In this document: positions 1 through 9,671 of the stretch, piece by piece | Position numbering within the stretch: the first letter of the stretch is position 1 | Layout: the number at the start of each line of letters is the position of its first letter | Assembly: GCA_963790205.1 (NCBI GenBank) | Contig: CAWBNQ010000005.1 | Location: 288,001 to 352,000, forward strand | DNA from: Nitrospirota bacterium | GTDB taxonomy: Bacteria; Nitrospirota; UBA9217 | DNA: 64,000 nt | Direction of reading: 5' to 3' | Translations under genes and position numbers: made by a program | The notes under the pieces: model-generated | What the model saw: the letters and a program-made list of their open reading frames with translations, nothing else | The model's database searches: none | Told to the model about the DNA's origin: nothing

Positions 1-117
1 CCCCGTGCCCTTTTCAAATGCGGCGAGCAAGCTTTCGATCCGTTTGAACAACTCCTTGTGCTGAGTATCGATTTCCGTTGAGCCGGATGCAAGGTTATCG
101 TTCCACAATACGGTCAT
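1..117 (-). CDS. Bacteriohemerythrin, N-terminal part (runs off window start)
   Basis: Manual translation MTVLWNDNLASGSTEIDTQHKELFKRIESLL matches the hemerythrin W..(S)G..EID.QHK.L motif; purine-rich RBS upstream. Confidence 0.8.
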   Translation of the reverse strand, partial: MTVLWNDNLASGSTEIDTQHKELFKRIESLLAAFEKGTG

Positions 118-350
118 ACGTTCCGTTCTCCTTTCCTTTTCCCCGGGATCATGACTGTCCGATACTATCACCGCGTATCCGCAGCATCAATTGTTTTTAT
201 TCCACAACGCAAAACGCCCGGCTCTGAGCCTCGCGGATGAGCGTCCTCGACATACTGCCTCAATTATCGGTTTGATCGGCTGCAACCGGGAAGTATTTGC
301 CTTCTTCGGGGCGTCTGTTCGGTCTTCAAGACATTGCTCCGGGACGCATA

Positions 351-575
351 TTACGCATTGAGCAATCCCTTCTCAAGAGCGATTGCGACCGCATGCGCTC
401 GGTTTGTCGCATCGAGCTTATCCATGATATTGCGAACGTGGAATTTCACCGTGCTTTGCCGAATGGAAAGCAGGGACGCAATCTCCGACGTACATTTCCC
501 CTGCTTGATGCATTCGAGGACTTCTTTTTCTTTCGGAGTGAGCGAGGTGCTTTTTTTAATGCGGCGATAGTGCAT
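351..575 (-). CDS. LuxR-type HTH transcriptional regulator (stand-alone or remnant)
   Basis: LTPKEKEVL...EIASLLSIRQSTVKFHVRNIMDKLDATNRAHAVAIA. Confidence 0.8.
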   Translation of the reverse strand: MHYRRIKKSTSLTPKEKEVLECIKQGKCTSEIASLLSIRQSTVKFHVRNIMDKLDATNRAHAVAIALEKGLLNA

Positions 576-977
576 TTGATATTTGTTCCGTATAGGGCTC
601 TCGGTGCTTGGATTTCATTCCAAATTACTTTAAGAATACTACAAACTGCTCTATTTTGCACCTATCCTTAAGGGGGGGCTCGACTCATGCAAGTGCCGAA
701 TCTGACAACACTGAAAACCGCTGTTCAAGAAGTTTTTCTCGCTATGAAGTGGACTGTATTGATATAGAAGAGTTCGAAGCGCCGTTTTACTCTTCACGAA
801 ATGTGGCGAAAAGGCGTTATAATTGTTTGCTCAATGATGTCGGAAAGTACCGACAAAGCGTCACAAAAGCAGAGCAAAATATTTTAAAAGATGTCAGGCA
901 CGTAATAACGCCGGGACCGGTAAGGGCGAAACCCGCCCTTACCGTCGGGAGAATTATATAGCTGTTTGCTTGAAGGA

Positions 978-2006
978 TCAATATGTCTGCTCGTTTTTCA
1001 TGACCGTATCTGCCGTTACCCGTGAACGGAACACGCGGTAGACCCAAATCTTGTATGCGATCACGATCGGAACAAACACAAAGGCCACCACGGTCATGAT
1101 CTTCAGCGTGTAGATGCTTGAAGACGAGTTGAAGATTGTCAGACTGTAAGCCGTATCCGTGCTGGAGGGGATCAGGTTCGGGAAGAGCCCGATCATACCG
1201 GTGAATACTATCATGACGATTGTTATGCACGATGAAGCAAAGGCCATGAGCATCCTGCCCTTCACGAGGAAGACCTTGATGCCGATCAGCGCGGCCACAG
1301 CCAGGAGCGGAACGACGAGAAGCGGCATCGTCGTCATATAATTGTTATAAAGCCTGGTCGCGAACGCGGTTGCAATAAGAAAAACCACGGCAACGAGCAG
1401 CAGGGCGGGCCAGAGCTTGTTCGCCGTTGCAGATGATTTGTCGCACAGATCACCTTCGGTCTTGACGCATGCATAGAGGCTGCCGTGAGTCAGGAACAGA
1501 AGGACGAACAGCGCGCCGGTCAGCAGCCCGTAAGGATTCAAGAGCGAAAGGAATGAGCCGTGATAACCCGCGGCGTCCATGGGGAGGCCGCTGAAGATGT
1601 TCCCGAAGGCCACTCCGAGCAGGAGCGCGGGAAGCGCGCTGCCGATGAAGATACCCAGGTCCCATGTTTTTTTCCACCCATCGTTGTTGATTTTTCCTCG
1701 AAATTCTATGGACACTCCGCGAATGATCAGCGAAAAAAGAAGGAGCAGCAGGGCCGAGTAAAGATAGCTGAACATCAGCGCATACGTCTTGGGGAATGCA
1801 GCAAAGGTTGCGCCGCCCGCGGTCACGAGCCATACCTCATTGCCGTCCCAGACCGGTCCGACCGTGTTGATCATGATTTTTTTATCCTGATCATTCCGTG
1901 CCAGATAATGGTGCAGCATGCCGGTGCCGAGCACGAATCCGTCCAGCATGAAATAGACCGCCCATAAAACGCCCCAGAGAATGAACCATATGATCTGAAA
2001 TTCCAT
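978..2006 (-). CDS. cydB: Cytochrome bd ubiquinol oxidase subunit II
   Basis: LDGFVLG, PVWDGNEVWL and GGATFAAFP motifs; multi-TM; downstream of cydA. Confidence 0.96.
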   Translation of the reverse strand: MEFQIIWFILWGVLWAVYFMLDGFVLGTGMLHHYLARNDQDKKIMINTVGPVWDGNEVWLVTAGGATFAAFPKTYALMFSYLYSALLLLLFSLIIRGVSIEFRGKINNDGWKKTWDLGIFIGSALPALLLGVAFGNIFSGLPMDAAGYHGSFLSLLNPYGLLTGALFVLLFLTHGSLYACVKTEGDLCDKSSATANKLWPALLLVAVVFLIATAFATRLYNNYMTTMPLLVVPLLAVAALIGIKVFLVKGRMLMAFASSCITIVMIVFTGMIGLFPNLIPSSTDTAYSLTIFNSSSSIYTLKIMTVVAFVFVPIVIAYKIWVYRVFRSRVTADTVMKNEQTY

Positions 2007-2016
2007 GATATGCCTC

Positions 2017-3357
2017 CTATTTCGTCGGTTTTAAGAGAGCCGAAAGGTCGTCATCGGGACCTTTTTTGGCGAACTTAGACAGCAGGTAAATATCGATCAC
2101 GCCGAGCGCTCCGTAGAGGACGGTAAAGCCCAGAAGCGAAGCGTATACCTGAATAGTGCTGATGGACAGAGATACGGCGGCAGACGTTTTGAGCACGCCG
2201 TAGACGATCCATGGCTGTCTCCCCACCTCGGCCACTACCCATCCGAGCTGACCGGCAAGATAGGGCAGGGGAATGGAAAAAAGCATGAGCGTGAGGAAAA
2301 GACGATGCGCTTCCAGCGTGCGACGTTTTGAATAGATGACCGCCAGGAACGAGAGGAGCATCATTGCAAAACCGAGAAGGACCATCAGGCGAAAGCTCCA
2401 GAACGTCGGGAGTACCGGCGGACGCTCTTCTTTAGGAAAGGCCTTCAAGCCTTTTATTTCCGCCTCGGGAGTATGGAAGGCCAGGTAGCTCAGTAAACCC
2501 GGTACGCAGGGCCCTTCCAGCGTGTTGCATTCCTTTTTTGTATCGGGAATAATAAAAAGATTATACCCGACATTTTTTTGCGTTTCCCAGAGCGATTCCA
2601 TGGCTGCAAACTTGGTGGGTTGCGTCCTGGCCACTTCCGCTGCGTGGAAATCTCCGATCGCCGCTACGAGGATCGTAGATGTTAGCCCGAAGACCGCGGC
2701 GATTTTAAATGAGCGGTTGAAAAATTCGAGCTGGTTCTTCTTCAACAAGTGGTAGGCCGACACGCCCATGACAAAGAAGGCCGCGACCACATATCCTGAT
2801 GAGAGGGTATGGCCGAACTTGAGCCAGCCGTAGGGGTTCGTTAGGAGCGCCCCGAAATCCGTCATCTCCGCGCGTCCGTTGCGGAGCACGTACCCCACCG
2901 GCTTCTGCATCCAGCCGTTCGCCAGGAGGATCCAGAGGGCGGACAGGTTGGTCGCCAGAGCAACGAGCCAGATAGACAGGGCGTGCGTCTTTTTCGATAT
3001 CTTGTTCCAGCCGAAGATCCAGACACCGATAAAGACGGACTCGAGAAAGAACGCCATGGTTGCTTCAATCGCAAGGGGCGCGCCGAAAATATCCCCCACA
3101 TATTTTGAATACTCGGCCCAGTTCATGCCGAACTGGAACTCCATGGTGATGCCGGTCACGACACCGAGAGCGAAATTGACGAGGAAGAGTTTGCCCCAGA
3201 ATTTCGTCATTCTGAGGTACAGCTCGTCTCCGCTTCTCACATACCGTGTCTCCATATATGCCGTCAAAATGGAGAGCCCCAGGGTGAGCGGCACAAAGAT
3301 CCAGTGAAACATGCTCGTGAGGGCAAATTGCAACCTGCTCAATGCGACAGTGTCCAT
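2017..3357 (-). CDS. cydA: Cytochrome bd ubiquinol oxidase subunit I
   Basis: LSRLQFALTSMFHWIF, EFQFGMNW, QPTKFAAME and EVGRQPW motifs. Confidence 0.97.
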   Translation of the reverse strand: MDTVALSRLQFALTSMFHWIFVPLTLGLSILTAYMETRYVRSGDELYLRMTKFWGKLFLVNFALGVVTGITMEFQFGMNWAEYSKYVGDIFGAPLAIEATMAFFLESVFIGVWIFGWNKISKKTHALSIWLVALATNLSALWILLANGWMQKPVGYVLRNGRAEMTDFGALLTNPYGWLKFGHTLSSGYVVAAFFVMGVSAYHLLKKNQLEFFNRSFKIAAVFGLTSTILVAAIGDFHAAEVARTQPTKFAAMESLWETQKNVGYNLFIIPDTKKECNTLEGPCVPGLLSYLAFHTPEAEIKGLKAFPKEERPPVLPTFWSFRLMVLLGFAMMLLSFLAVIYSKRRTLEAHRLFLTLMLFSIPLPYLAGQLGWVVAEVGRQPWIVYGVLKTSAAVSLSISTIQVYASLLGFTVLYGALGVIDIYLLSKFAKKGPDDDLSALLKPTK

Positions 3358-3404
3358 AATTCATCTCCTTTCATGGTGGTGCATTTTAGAACACCAAATT
3401 ATAT

Positions 3405-3425
3405 TTAGGATGAAAAACATCCTAA
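3405..3425. promoter_or_regulatory. Palindromic operator upstream of cydA (candidate Rrf2 site)
   Basis: TTAGGATG-AAAAA-CATCCTAA perfect inverted repeat; similar TTAGGATTTTTAAGACCTTA at 4018-4037 upstream of the ahpC'-rrf2 unit. Confidence 0.55.
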
Positions 3426-3441
3426 TTAACGTCAAAAAAAA

Positions 3442-3834
3442 TCAAACGAGTTTCGCAATGGTCTGCTTTTTTAGACGCCGTTCAACCTCTTTTCGAATTT
3501 CCACCCAGACCGGATGGACAGCGCAGGTGGAGCTCATCCGGCACCGCCTGCTGTCAATGGCGCAGACGTTGATCCCGGCGGGCCCCTGGATCGCCTCCAT
3601 GACCGCGAGGAGGGTGATCTCCGAGGGCTCTTTTGCGAGCATGAAGCCTCCTTTTACTCCCCGCATCGATTGGAGAATATGATGCCGTACCAGCCGCTGA
3701 AGGATCTTAGCAAGAAAGCTTTTCGGGATATGCATGGTCTGCGCTATTTCCGTAACGCTCACGTTGCGATCACGTTCACGCGCAAGGTACAGTACGGTGC
3801 GCACGGCATAGTCTGTTTCTCTGGTCACCAGCAT
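3442..3834 (-). CDS. Rrf2 family transcriptional regulator with three-Cys Fe-S motif
   Basis: TDYAVR, FLAKILQRL, RGVKGGFMLAK, C-x6-C-x5-C. Confidence 0.92.
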   Translation of the reverse strand: MLVTRETDYAVRTVLYLARERDRNVSVTEIAQTMHIPKSFLAKILQRLVRHHILQSMRGVKGGFMLAKEPSEITLLAVMEAIQGPAGINVCAIDSRRCRMSSTCAVHPVWVEIRKEVERRLKKQTIAKLV

Positions 3835-3837
3835 ACG

Positions 3838-3985
3838 TTATTTTAGGGCCTCGAACACTTTACCGACCAAGTCGCGGCGGACGACTCTCCTTCCTGTTTC
3901 CACTGGCCAGGTATGTTGCGAAGATTTCGAGTTTGGAATCGGGCACTGTTTGCCCTATTTGGATTCCGAAATAATCGCCTGACAT
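3838..3985 (-). pseudogene. Peroxiredoxin (AhpC-like) remnant with large internal deletion
   Basis: GGAGG RBS then MSGDYFGIQIGQTVPDSKLEIF (AhpC-like N-terminus) joined to PGQWKQEG...LVGKVFEALK* (AhpC-like C-terminus) within 148 nt. Confidence 0.6.
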
Positions 3986-4339
3986 TTAAGCCTCCCTCCG
4001 CATCGGATTATCGTTAATTAGGATTTTTAAGACCTTATTTAACCATATTCAATAGTATTTGTCAACTATATTTTATTGGCAATCGGCATTGTGAATAACT
4101 GAAGTAGAAAAAAACGCCCGTACCGTATACATACCATGGAAAGACTGCAAAAAATCCAGCTTAACAAAATTGTCATGGAAATCAGCATGGCACATCTTTA
4201 TGAATAGCCAGAAAAGAGCGCCCGACGCAGTGCTTCATAATCGAGACGAATTGTCGTGCATCGTCGCGGAGTTCCTTTACTGAAGGCGACAGGTCAGGAG
4301 AATGCGTCATGTTTTTCATATTGTAGCCTCCTGAAAAAT

Positions 4340-4575
4340 TATCGAAGAGACGCTTTTTGGCCCTTCATGAAAGTCCATTTTCGACAGAGGCAATACAGTT
4401 CCTTTGCTTGCGTGCGCGGGTTGCGGATAGTAAAATCATGCAAATGACTATCCTGCCAGCCTATGGCATCTTGCACGGCAGCATGCAAATCCCAAAATGT
4501 TTACGTTTCCGGGACTTGAATCCTGCGCCAAAGAGGAGGCTTAATTCCCTTCAGGGTGATTTTAAGTTGATATAC
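4340..4575 (-). pseudogene. Plasmid pRiA4b ORF-3 family protein remnant
   Basis: Manual translation YQLKITLKGIKPPLWRRIQVPET*TFWDLHAAVQDAIGWQDSHLHDF with an in-frame stop. Confidence 0.75.
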
Positions 4576-4577
4576 TT

Positions 4578-4680
4578 ACAGGGCGGCTTCGGAGGGCCTC
4601 CCTCCATCTCGTGTGCAGCATGGCAAATAAGAAAGTTTACGATAACATGTATGACCTCCTTATTCGCCTTCGTGGCGCAC
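4578..4680 (-). mobile_element. 5' end of a second group II intron inserted just after the YADD codons (truncated)
   Basis: RT similarity stops at ...TATGCCGACGACT followed by GTGCGCCACGAAGGCG, a canonical GUGYG intron start. Confidence 0.55.
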
Positions 4681-5183
4681 AGTCGTCGGCATATCGAATC
4701 ATTTGAGTGTAGCCTCGCGTCTCTTTCTTTACCTGCTTCTCATACCAGAGGTCGAGAACGTAATGGAGATAGATGTTAGCTAGCACCGGGCTCACAACGC
4801 CGCCCTGTGGCGTGCCCATGTCCGTCTCCATATAATTGCCCTCTTCCATGATACCAGCCTTGAGGAACCGGGCTATGAGGCAAAGAAAGTTAGGGTCGCT
4901 TATCCGCTGCTTCAAGCATTCCATCATCCACCGGTGATCAACCCTGTCGAAGAATTTCTCAACGTCCATATCGACAATGTAATTTATCGGTTCTCTCATG
5001 ATGGCCTTATCCATTATTTCCAGCGCATCATGACAGCTTCGTTTCGGTCGAAAGCCATGGGATATATCTCTGAAGTCTACCTCGTAGATAGATTCGAGGA
5101 TTTTCTTGATGCCCATCTGGACAATTTTGTCTTCAACTACGGGGATACCGAGAGGTCTTTTGCTCTTTTCGTCTTTCGGTATA
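4681..5183 (-). pseudogene. Group II intron reverse transcriptase/maturase internal fragment
   Basis: IPK..KRPLGIP..EDKIVQ, SHGFRPKRSCHDA, DVEKFFD, GTPQGGVVSPVLANIYL, RYADD. Confidence 0.92.
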
Positions 5184-5184
5184 T

Positions 5185-5503
5185 ATGAAATACCGCCTCC
5201 GAACGCTGGCTGGGAAAAAGCTCTACGCCAAGCGCAAGAATACGGTGGAACCGGTCTTCGGTATCATCAAGGCGGTTATGGGATTCCGCCAGTTCCTCCT
5301 GCGAGGTTTTGAATCGGTACAAGGCGAATGGGACCTGGTTTGCATCGCCTGGAACTTAAAAAGGCTGTATGCCTTGAGTTGATAGTGATAAGAAAGAACA
5401 AATCGTCAGCTTTTGGATCGGCGATAGGCCATCAAAGGCTGTTGATCAATGAAATGTGCATAAACAGTCTTCGGATCAGACCGTTAAGTCCGACAGACTC
5501 CTA
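5185..5503 (+). mobile_element. IS1182-like transposase C-terminal fragment with right end
   Basis: YAKRKNTVEPVFGIIKAVMGFRQFLLRG...NLKRL; putative end ...TAAGTCCGACAGACTCCTAG. Confidence 0.75.
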
Positions 5504-5545
5504 GGCAGGCACGTATGAAATATTTTATGATATTCCCATATCATA

Positions 5546-5923
5546 TTGACCGTGCAAACCACTGATGATCTCAATCTCATAGAACGCTTCAAGAACGGGG
5601 ATGCATCGGCATTCGAGGAAATCGTCCTCAAATACCAGGATAAGATATACAACCTCTGCAGGCACATGCTCGGGAACGCGCATGATGCGGAGGATGCCGC
5701 ACAGGATGTTTTCCTGAAAGCCTATCAGGCCCTACCGAAAATCCTGCCCGAAGCATCTTTATACACCTGGCTCCATCGCATCGCAACCAACAACCTCATC
5801 CCCTTCCTGAGCGCCCGGCAGAACGTGTTCTTCCCCTTGAGCCAGGTGGACATGAAAAAAGAATGTTTTACCGTCTCTCGCGGCACCATCCATGCTTATT
5901 GCAATCATGGGTTCACGAATTAG
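5546..5923 (+). pseudogene. ECF sigma factor N-terminal fragment (region 2) fused to unrelated sequence
   Basis: GDASAFEEIV, DAEDAAQDVFLKAY, YTWLHRIATN; then NLIPFLSARQNV resembles an ABC ATPase segment; no region 4. Confidence 0.7.
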
Positions 5924-6067
5924 GCAAAGGGAACTTGCAAGGGTCTATATCAAGAGTCAAACACGATAAACTCACCATGGCGACGGGGAAAGAGCTTGGA
6001 TGATGAGAATGCAAGAATAGAGCATGAAACGGAAGATGGCTAATGAATCTAAATTTAGAATTATAGC

Positions 6068-6097
6068 TTGACTTCGCTCTTCGTTTCTATGTATTCT
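6068..6097 (+). promoter_or_regulatory. Sigma70-like promoter of leader ORF copy 1
   Basis: TTGACT-N18-TATTCT; ATG at 6107 with no Shine-Dalgarno. Confidence 0.5.
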
Positions 6098-6106
6098 GTT
6101 GCAACC

Positions 6107-6391
6107 ATGAAATGGCAAGCATTAATCGTTCTTACGGCAATCGCCCTCAGTATCGCTGTTCCACCCTCGTTGCCTTTTCTGTCTGATCACGGCGCGATGG
6201 CGGCAATCGGTGCCCTCGACGTTTGCCACTCGACAACGCCGGCCCTTTCCTCGAACGGCGATATGCCCTGTATAAACGAATGTGCATGCCGTCCTCTTCC
6301 GTTAGCATTGAACAAAGTTGCTGAAATCGCGAATCCCCCTTTTAAACCTTCAGTCATCGTTTTTCAAGACGAACGTCCCCCTAAAGCCTGA
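6107..6391 (+). CDS. 94-aa Cys/His leader protein ending ERPPKA (candidate arrest-peptide uORF), copy 1
   Basis: N-terminal hydrophobic segment, LDVCH, PCINECAC; colinear paralog at 56175-56459. Confidence 0.75.
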   Translation: MKWQALIVLTAIALSIAVPPSLPFLSDHGAMAAIGALDVCHSTTPALSSNGDMPCINECACRPLPLALNKVAEIANPPFKPSVIVFQDERPPKA

Positions 6392-6415
6392 TCAGCAGCC
6401 CTCTCATCACAAAAA

Positions 6416-6586
6416 CCGAAGTCGAGAGCTTTTAATTTCATAACAGCGCAGGCATACGTGCGTGCGTACGTCTGCGCACGGATTGTCCGTTACGGACATT
6501 CCTCCCCTTTAAGCTCGGCTCCGCTTCGGCATATCCGCGATCTCATGCTCGCACATGATGATGTGATCGAAGCCGAGTCGTTTTTT
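6416..6586 (+). promoter_or_regulatory. Conserved structured RNA, candidate attenuator, copy 1
   Basis: 6516-6528 pairs with 6568-6580 followed by T6; CCGAAGT (6416-6422) can alternatively pair with GCTTCGG (6523-6529). Confidence 0.6.
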
Positions 6587-6687
6587 CGACTCCCGATGGT
6601 GAAATTCGTATTTTTCAATTGTGCACGGCAAATCAATCTTCAATGCTGCAACGCATTGAATAATCTCACGTGGCAGGAGGCTATATC

Positions 6688-7485
6688 ATGAATAGCACGG
6701 AAACGAAAAATGAACTTTCCAGAAGAGATATGCTGATCACCGGCGGAAAGATCGCGGCAGGCGCTGCGATAGCATCCATGGCAGTCCTCAGCGCGGTAAA
6801 AAAATCTGATGCTTACGAAAACACGGGAGCGGCGGTATTCAAGTATGCAAAGCTGGACCCGCGCGAAGTAGGCCAAATAACATATGATAACTACTTCAAG
6901 AGATGGTGCACGTCCTCGGTCATTGCCGGTTTTGCCGAGAACCTGAAGAAGAAGGGCGCGGCCGGATGGAATGATTTTCCGATTGATGCCTACCGATGGG
7001 CGCACGGCGGGTTCGCGGGCTGGGGCACGCTGTGCGGCACCATGCCCGGCGCGGGAGTAATCATCGGTCTCGTGACCAAGGACACCGACGTAGCCGAAGC
7101 AATGACCAATGACCTTGCTTTTTATTATTCGTATACGGACCTGCCGAGCTTCACGCCGGCAAAGGTGCAGAAGGCCCCGATCAAGCATATGACCATGTCC
7201 GGGACCCCCATCTGCCATATTTCCGTTGGGAAGTGGATGCGGGCGGAAGGAGTCGGCTTCCTGACGAATGAGCGGCAGGAGCGGTGCGCCCGCATGGCAG
7301 CAAACGTTGCTATGGAAGCGGCCGGGATGCTGAACGAGTACCATGATACCGGGTCGTATAAACCGAAACACAAGCCGCTCTACAATGTTATCGCGAACGG
7401 CATTACCTCTCAGAACAACTGCTCGGACTGCCACGGCCAGAACCCGCCGTCGCCGAGAGAGACCTACGAGTCTTTGGAAAAGTAA
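6688..7485 (+). CDS. Split-Soret cytochrome c-like protein (C-GCAxxG-C-C family), Tat-exported
   Basis: AGGAGG RBS; SRRDML twin-arginine signal; GTLCG, ICHIS, ERCAR and C-terminal CSDCH. Confidence 0.82.
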   Translation: MNSTETKNELSRRDMLITGGKIAAGAAIASMAVLSAVKKSDAYENTGAAVFKYAKLDPREVGQITYDNYFKRWCTSSVIAGFAENLKKKGAAGWNDFPIDAYRWAHGGFAGWGTLCGTMPGAGVIIGLVTKDTDVAEAMTNDLAFYYSYTDLPSFTPAKVQKAPIKHMTMSGTPICHISVGKWMRAEGVGFLTNERQERCARMAANVAMEAAGMLNEYHDTGSYKPKHKPLYNVIANGITSQNNCSDCHGQNPPSPRETYESLEK

Positions 7486-7548
7486 ACAGGAGCGAGCGGA
7501 AGGGGAAACCCTTCCGCTCCATAAAATCAGTATCATGTGGTGGAAATA

Positions 7549-7722
7549 ATGTTCGAAGGTTTGTTTCAGCCCCTGCACCTTATTGTCATTCTCGTGATCG
7601 TTTTAATTGTTTTCGGCCCGGGCAAGCTTCCCCAACTCGGGGAAGGGCTCGGAAAAGGCATCAGGTCCTTTAAAAAGGCGCTGAAAGAAGGACAGGACGC
7701 GGCGATAGATCAGAAAGAATAG
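7549..7722 (+). CDS. tatA: Twin-arginine translocase subunit TatA/E
   Basis: TM helix then [23 protein letters not shown]. Confidence 0.9.
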   Translation: MFEGLFQPLHLIVILVIVLIVFGPGKLPQLGEGLGKGIRSFKKALKEGQDAAIDQKE

Positions 7723-7913
7723 AAAGTTTGATTTAATACAGCCCTGAACGTCATTGTAGTTACGTTTAAAAATGTAAAAGGAAATTTAATGAGTTTCTGG
7801 AGAGTACCGTATATGCGGTTTAAGATCAGCACTAAAATGAGCAAGCTTGCAAAAGCTTGTTTATTATCCTGCGAGCAGCGGTGCCTCTTGAATACAAGAC
7901 AGGAGATCAGCCA

Positions 7914-8267
7914 GTGAAAATCGTCATACTATCACTATTGCTGGCGCTCGCCCTGCCCGTTTTTGCGAATGCCGGTCAGGTCGGAACCTCGGCGCCGGAC
8001 TTCGGTCTCGCAGAGGTGAACGGCAAAGCAGTCACCTTGAAGCAGTTCAGGGGCAAGGTCGTGTTCCTTGACTTCTGGGCGCCCTGGTGCGATCCCTGCC
8101 AAGAAGCATTCCCCTCACTCGACGCACTTTACAGGAAATATAGCAGTGACGGACTTGAAGTAATCGGAATATCTATCGATCCCTCCGAAAAACTTGTAGC
8201 TGAATTTCTGCAAAAGGTCCCGGTTGCGTTTACGGTCCTTATCGACAACATTTTTACAGATGCGTAG
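7914..8267 (+). pseudogene. TlpA-like thiol-disulfide oxidoreductase, C-terminally truncated
   Basis: GKVVFLDFWAPWCDPC; ends early relative to the paralog at 56968-57456. Confidence 0.8.
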
Positions 8268-8489
8268 GCTGAGTGTCCTGCTCTATATTAATTAGGGAAT
8301 TTGGCACCATATATGCTGAAGAAGTGGAATGAGCATAACTGTAATTGTAACTTCCGGCAACATTAAGAACAACCATGTTAAAGTTATGCGACTTATTTGA
8401 CACCGAATCATATCTGCTGTTAAATGTAGTTATCGCAGGTGCTGCTTGCCGTACAGAGAGCCAGCGATATCCCGTAGAAGGAATGAACA

Positions 8490-9418
8490 ATGCCTGAACG
8501 TTCGATTTTAGTTGCTGACGACATTGAAAATCAAACCGTATCCGGTAAAAGACGTTCGCTAGCAATAAGGAATGCAGCTACTTTTTGGCCCAACAACTCA
8601 AAACCGGCATCGATCTGCTTTATGTAGAAGATCTAAAAGCGTATCCCTTGAGTAAACTCGGTGTATTCCGTTTTCCAGCATGGCACTCTGCGCATGAGGA
8701 AAGACTTGAGGAGATAGGCAGGCAATTTACCGTGCCGGTTTCGTGTTCATTAAAAAGCGGTTCTGCGGCGGAACAGATCCTCAAGGTATCGCGTTCCAGG
8801 CCATCCCCGGAACTTGTTGTCGTGGGAACACAGGGCCGGAAAGGAATAAAGCGTTTGCTCATCGGCAGTGTTGCCGAAGAAGTCGTCCGTCACTCCAGGC
8901 GGCCGGTGATGGTGATCGGACCGATAGCTCAGGAAATGGACCGGGATATCTCCGGCCAGAAGCAGCATAAAATGCTCGTGCCGACCGACCTCGGGAAAAA
9001 CAGCCGGGCAGCCGAGCAATATGCGCTGTCTCTTGCGAAGCGCATGGGAGCGAAAGTGACCCTGTTTCATTGCCTGTGGGACAGCATCAATCAGATTATG
9101 ATCAACACCGCATACTCCGGCATAGCCGCATTTAATATCGATGGAATGATCGCCGAGTCACGGGATGATGCCGTTGACGCCATGAAACGGAAGGCCGGGT
9201 TCTTTCAGAAACACGATGTGCCCTGTGACTATAAAATAGAAGAGAAAGCGATAACTTCCACGTGCGCGGTATATCAGGAGGGTGAAAGCGGCTATTCGAT
9301 CGTGGTCATGGGAACTCATGGAAGAAATGCATTGCTTAATGCTTTTTTCGGAAGCACAGCCCGGGAAACGATCTTAAACGCGGTAATTCCGGTGATTATC
9401 GTGCACTCCGAAAGTTAA
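8490..9418 (+). CDS. Tandem-domain universal stress protein (frameshift in T-run near 8582)
   Basis: GTQGRKG..LLIGSVAEEVV and MGTHGR..FGSTARE; N-terminus MPERSILVADD lies in another frame. Confidence 0.85.
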
Positions 9419-9459
9419 GTTTTTCGGATCATGGAAAAGATTCATGGGGCATGGTAAAA

Positions 9460-9671
9460 GCAATTCGGATCATGTGCGAATGGTGGTCAGGCCGACCGCG
9501 AAGCCCGATAAGCGCAATTCACCTTGAGCCTCCCGAAGACACGAAGCGGTAAGATCATGCGTAGTATCCTGCGAAAGATCTCAAGCCGCGAAACAGAGCA
9601 GAGAACCTTGGCGATATTTCGACACTGGCAGATACTTCCGTTGTGAGATCACTCATGAGTGAACGAAAGTA
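9460..9671 (+). pseudogene. Acetyl-CoA synthetase C-terminal remnant
   Basis: Manual translation LPKTRSGKIMRSILRKI...NLGDISTLADTSVV. Confidence 0.75.

Noticed and set aside
4637..5116. RT as a retron, DGR or defence RT
   Set aside because: Motifs (GFRP, GTPQGG..SP.LAN, YADD) are typical of group II intron maturases, and it is a fragment
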